Of a stretch of DNA of 64,000 nt, positions 61,945-64,000 are shown piece by piece. How positions within the stretch are numbered: position 1 is the first letter of the stretch; the number at the start of each line of letters is the position of its first letter. Location of the stretch: NCBI GenBank assembly GCA_951812715.1, contig OX638323.1, forward strand, positions 1,776,577 through 1,840,576. The letters are read 5' to 3'. The translations under genes and the position numbers were made by a program. The notes under the pieces are model-generated. The model saw nothing but the letters and a program-made list of their open reading frames with translations. It did not search any database and was not told where the DNA came from. This DNA comes from an uncultured Pseudohongiella sp. (GTDB lineage Bacteria > Pseudomonadota > Gammaproteobacteria > Pseudomonadales > Pseudohongiellaceae).

Positions 61945-63643
61945 GCGGCTCGAAGGCGCCGATGTCGTCATCGTCGGCCTTGGCGCCGCCGGTGGCGTTG
62001 CATCCCTGCCGCTGGCGGACGCGGGATTGAAAGTCATCGGTCTGGAAGCCGGCGGCTGGCTCGGTCCGCGGGATTTCGGACCCGACGAATTGCGCAACAA
62101 CTATCGCAACTGGCCCCAGGCGGTGCAGAAGTGCGCCGGCGAGGCGCCGACCGTGCGCGCCACGGCATCGGAGCGCGCCGTGCAAGGCGGGCATCCGATG
62201 ATGAATGCCGTCGGCGGCACTTCCATGCATTACTGGGCACAAAGCTGGCGACTCAATCCCTGGGATTTCCGGGTAGTTTCCGCCACTCGCCAGCGCTACG
62301 GCGCCGGCCGCATCCCAATCGGCTCCACGGTCGAAGACTGGCCGCTCAGCTACCAGGAACTCGAACCTTTCTACGATCAGGTCGAACACACCGTCGGCGT
62401 TTCCGGTCAGGCCGGCAACGTACAAGGCGAGCTGGACCGGCGCGGCAATATCTTCGAAGGCGAACGCAGCCGGCCCTATCCCATGCAGCCCTTGCGCGCT
62501 TCGCCGTTCACCGAATTGATGGGCGCGGCGGCAAGGCGGCTCGACTGCAATCCCTTTCAGGGGCCGGCCGCGATCGTCACCGAAGCCTATGACGGCCGCC
62601 CGCCCTGCCAATATCACGGTTTCTGCAGCCGCGGCGGCTGCCATGTCAGGTCGAAAAGCTCAACCGCGTTCACTGTCATACCCAAGGCGCTCGAGACCGG
62701 CAACCTGCAAGTCGTTCCCTATGCCCGGGTGACCCGCGTCGTCACCGGCGGCGACGGCCGCGTGGCCGGAGTCGAGTACGTAAAAGGAAGCGAACATTTC
62801 TTCCAACCCGCGCAAGTAGTGTTGTTGGCCGGTTACACATACGAGAACGCGCGCCTGCTATTGTTGTCGACTTCGGCCGCATTCCCCAACGGATTGGCCA
62901 ACAACGCCGGCCAGGTCGGACGGCATTACCTGAGCCACCACCAGGGCGCGCCGGTGACCGCATTGTTCGACCGCGACCTGCACAACTGGTATGGCTTGCC
63001 GGCCCAGGGCGTCGCCATCGACGAATGGGCCGACGATAATTTCGATCACAGCGATCTCGACTTCATTGGCGGCGCCAACTTGTGGGTGCATACCGACCGC
63101 CGTCCGATCAGCGCGGCGCGCATGAGCACTTTCGGCCTAACCAGCCGCAACTGGGGTTCGCAATGGAAGGCCTTTATCATGCAAAACGCCGATCGCGGCA
63201 ACTCCTCGTATATCCAGAAAACCACCTTGCCTTACGAGGACAACTACCTCGACCTGGACCCGCAAGTGAAAGACCCCTTCGGCCAGCCGGTGATTCGCAT
63301 CACCGCGCGCTATCACGAGAACGAACTACGTATCGCGCAATTCGCCCAGGACAAGATGGAACAGTGGTACCGCGCAGCCGGCGCCATCAAGGTTATCCGT
63401 TCGGGCCTCGGAAACGCCATGGGCGCATCCACTCACGCCTATGGCGGAACCCGTATGGGCGATGACGCGGAAACCAATGTCGTCGACCGCTGGGGTTTCT
63501 GCCACGAGGTTCCCAATCTCGGCATCGTCGGCGCTTCGGTGATGGGCACAAGCGGCGCCCGCAATCCGACCTTGACTGCCCAGGCGCTGTCCTGGCGCAC
63601 GGCGGACTATCTGGCTAACAACTGGCTATCGGTGGCGGGATAG
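61937..63643 (+). CDS. GMC-family FAD oxidoreductase (gluconate 2-dehydrogenase flavoprotein-like)
   Basis: ADVVIVGLGAAGG dinucleotide fold. C-terminal HAYGGTRMG and NLGIVGASVMGTSGARNPTLT blocks. Confidence 0.85.
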   Translation: MPRRLEGADVVIVGLGAAGGVASLPLADAGLKVIGLEAGGWLGPRDFGPDELRNNYRNWPQAVQKCAGEAPTVRATASERAVQGGHPMMNAVGGTSMHYWAQSWRLNPWDFRVVSATRQRYGAGRIPIGSTVEDWPLSYQELEPFYDQVEHTVGVSGQAGNVQGELDRRGNIFEGERSRPYPMQPLRASPFTELMGAAARRLDCNPFQGPAAIVTEAYDGRPPCQYHGFCSRGGCHVRSKSSTAFTVIPKALETGNLQVVPYARVTRVVTGGDGRVAGVEYVKGSEHFFQPAQVVLLAGYTYENARLLLLSTSAAFPNGLANNAGQVGRHYLSHHQGAPVTALFDRDLHNWYGLPAQGVAIDEWADDNFDHSDLDFIGGANLWVHTDRRPISAARMSTFGLTSRNWGSQWKAFIMQNADRGNSSYIQKTTLPYEDNYLDLDPQVKDPFGQPVIRITARYHENELRIAQFAQDKMEQWYRAAGAIKVIRSGLGNAMGASTHAYGGTRMGDDAETNVVDRWGFCHEVPNLGIVGASVMGTSGARNPTLTAQALSWRTADYLANNWLSVAG

Positions 63644-63704
63644 GATTCCCGCATGGCGGATAGTAAAGCGAGCAACTGGACGTTCGTGGCGGGGTAGGGA
63701 TTTC

Positions 63705-64000
63705 ATGCCGACATTAATGCAGAACCGGCAACATGCCGTGGCGTTCATCGTCGTCCTGGTGCTGCTCGAATCCATCGGCTTTGGCATCATTTTGCCGGTC
63801 ATGCCGCAACTGATCATGGGTCTGGCCGATGTTTCGCTTTCCCGCGCCTCGGCCATCGGCGGCTATCTCATGTTCACCTATGCCGCCGTGCAGTTCTTCG
63901 CCGCGCCCGTTCTCGGCGCCATGGGCGACCGTTTCGGGCGGCGGCCGATTCTGCTTTACACCTTGCTTGCCCTGAGCCTGGACTACCTGCTGATGGCCTT
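63705..64000 (+). CDS. MFS transporter, TetA/TCR-like (partial, runs off the right edge)
   Basis: Hand translation MPTLMQNRQHAVAFIVVLVLLESIGFGIILPVMPQLI...GAMGDRFGRRPILLYT contains MFS motif A (GxxxDRxGRR). Confidence 0.75.
   Translation, partial: MPTLMQNRQHAVAFIVVLVLLESIGFGIILPVMPQLIMGLADVSLSRASAIGGYLMFTYAAVQFFAAPVLGAMGDRFGRRPILLYTLLALSLDYLLMA

Noticed and set aside
1-64000. Scan for tRNA/rRNA genes (T-loop GGTTCGAATCC-like strings) and CRISPR-like regularly spaced repeats.
   Set aside because: The few ggttcga-like strings lie inside confident CDSs without cloverleaf context. The only regular repeats are the in-frame 21-bp coding repeats at 22236-22361, which have no spacers.

Overview
High-GC, gammaproteobacterial-type chromosomal segment, judged from gene content and synteny only; no database search was possible. 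Most of it is housekeeping: tesA/ybbA/ybbP, pdxJ, bcp, cobB, and rnr-rlmB-rpsF-rpsR-rplI-dnaB-alr-radA. It also carries transporters, peptidases, korAB and a GMC/gluconate-dehydrogenase pair. Two regions look accessory. (1) About 20.15-28.23 kb is a patchwork islet. It holds a lower-GC DpnI-like methyl-directed endonuclease homologue, a ~188-bp tandem duplication, a decayed CHRD paralogue, a membrane-anchored heptad-repeat protein, a CHRD protein and a cytochrome-c/PQQ dehydrogenase. It also has a 2.5-kb foreign insert with a degraded rve transposase, bracketed by ~300-bp direct repeats of the PQQ-3'end/rnr-5'end junction. (2) About 45.3-58 kb (possibly to 60.6 kb) is a RiPP (TOMM-type) locus. 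It encodes an 84-aa NHLP-leader precursor whose predicted core is only LCCCGW, a fused E1-like/YcaO cyclodehydratase, and a SagB-type dehydrogenase. Export genes are an NHLP-type exporter pair (C39-peptidase ABC plus a second large ABC) and a HlyD-type adaptor that lacks its coiled-coil hairpin. There is also a 369-aa protein of unknown family. Most unusual is a second NHLP leader-like domain with the same A-G cleavage-type motif, fused in frame to a ~365-aa prenyltransferase/squalene-cyclase-repeat (alpha/alpha toroid) domain. I consider this leader-fused toroid protein plus the minimal tri-cysteine core the best candidate for an undescribed system. No rRNA, tRNA or CRISPR array was seen. Start codons are hand-picked and approximate. 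Many long ORFs in the track are antisense shadow ORFs typical of high-GC DNA and are not called.
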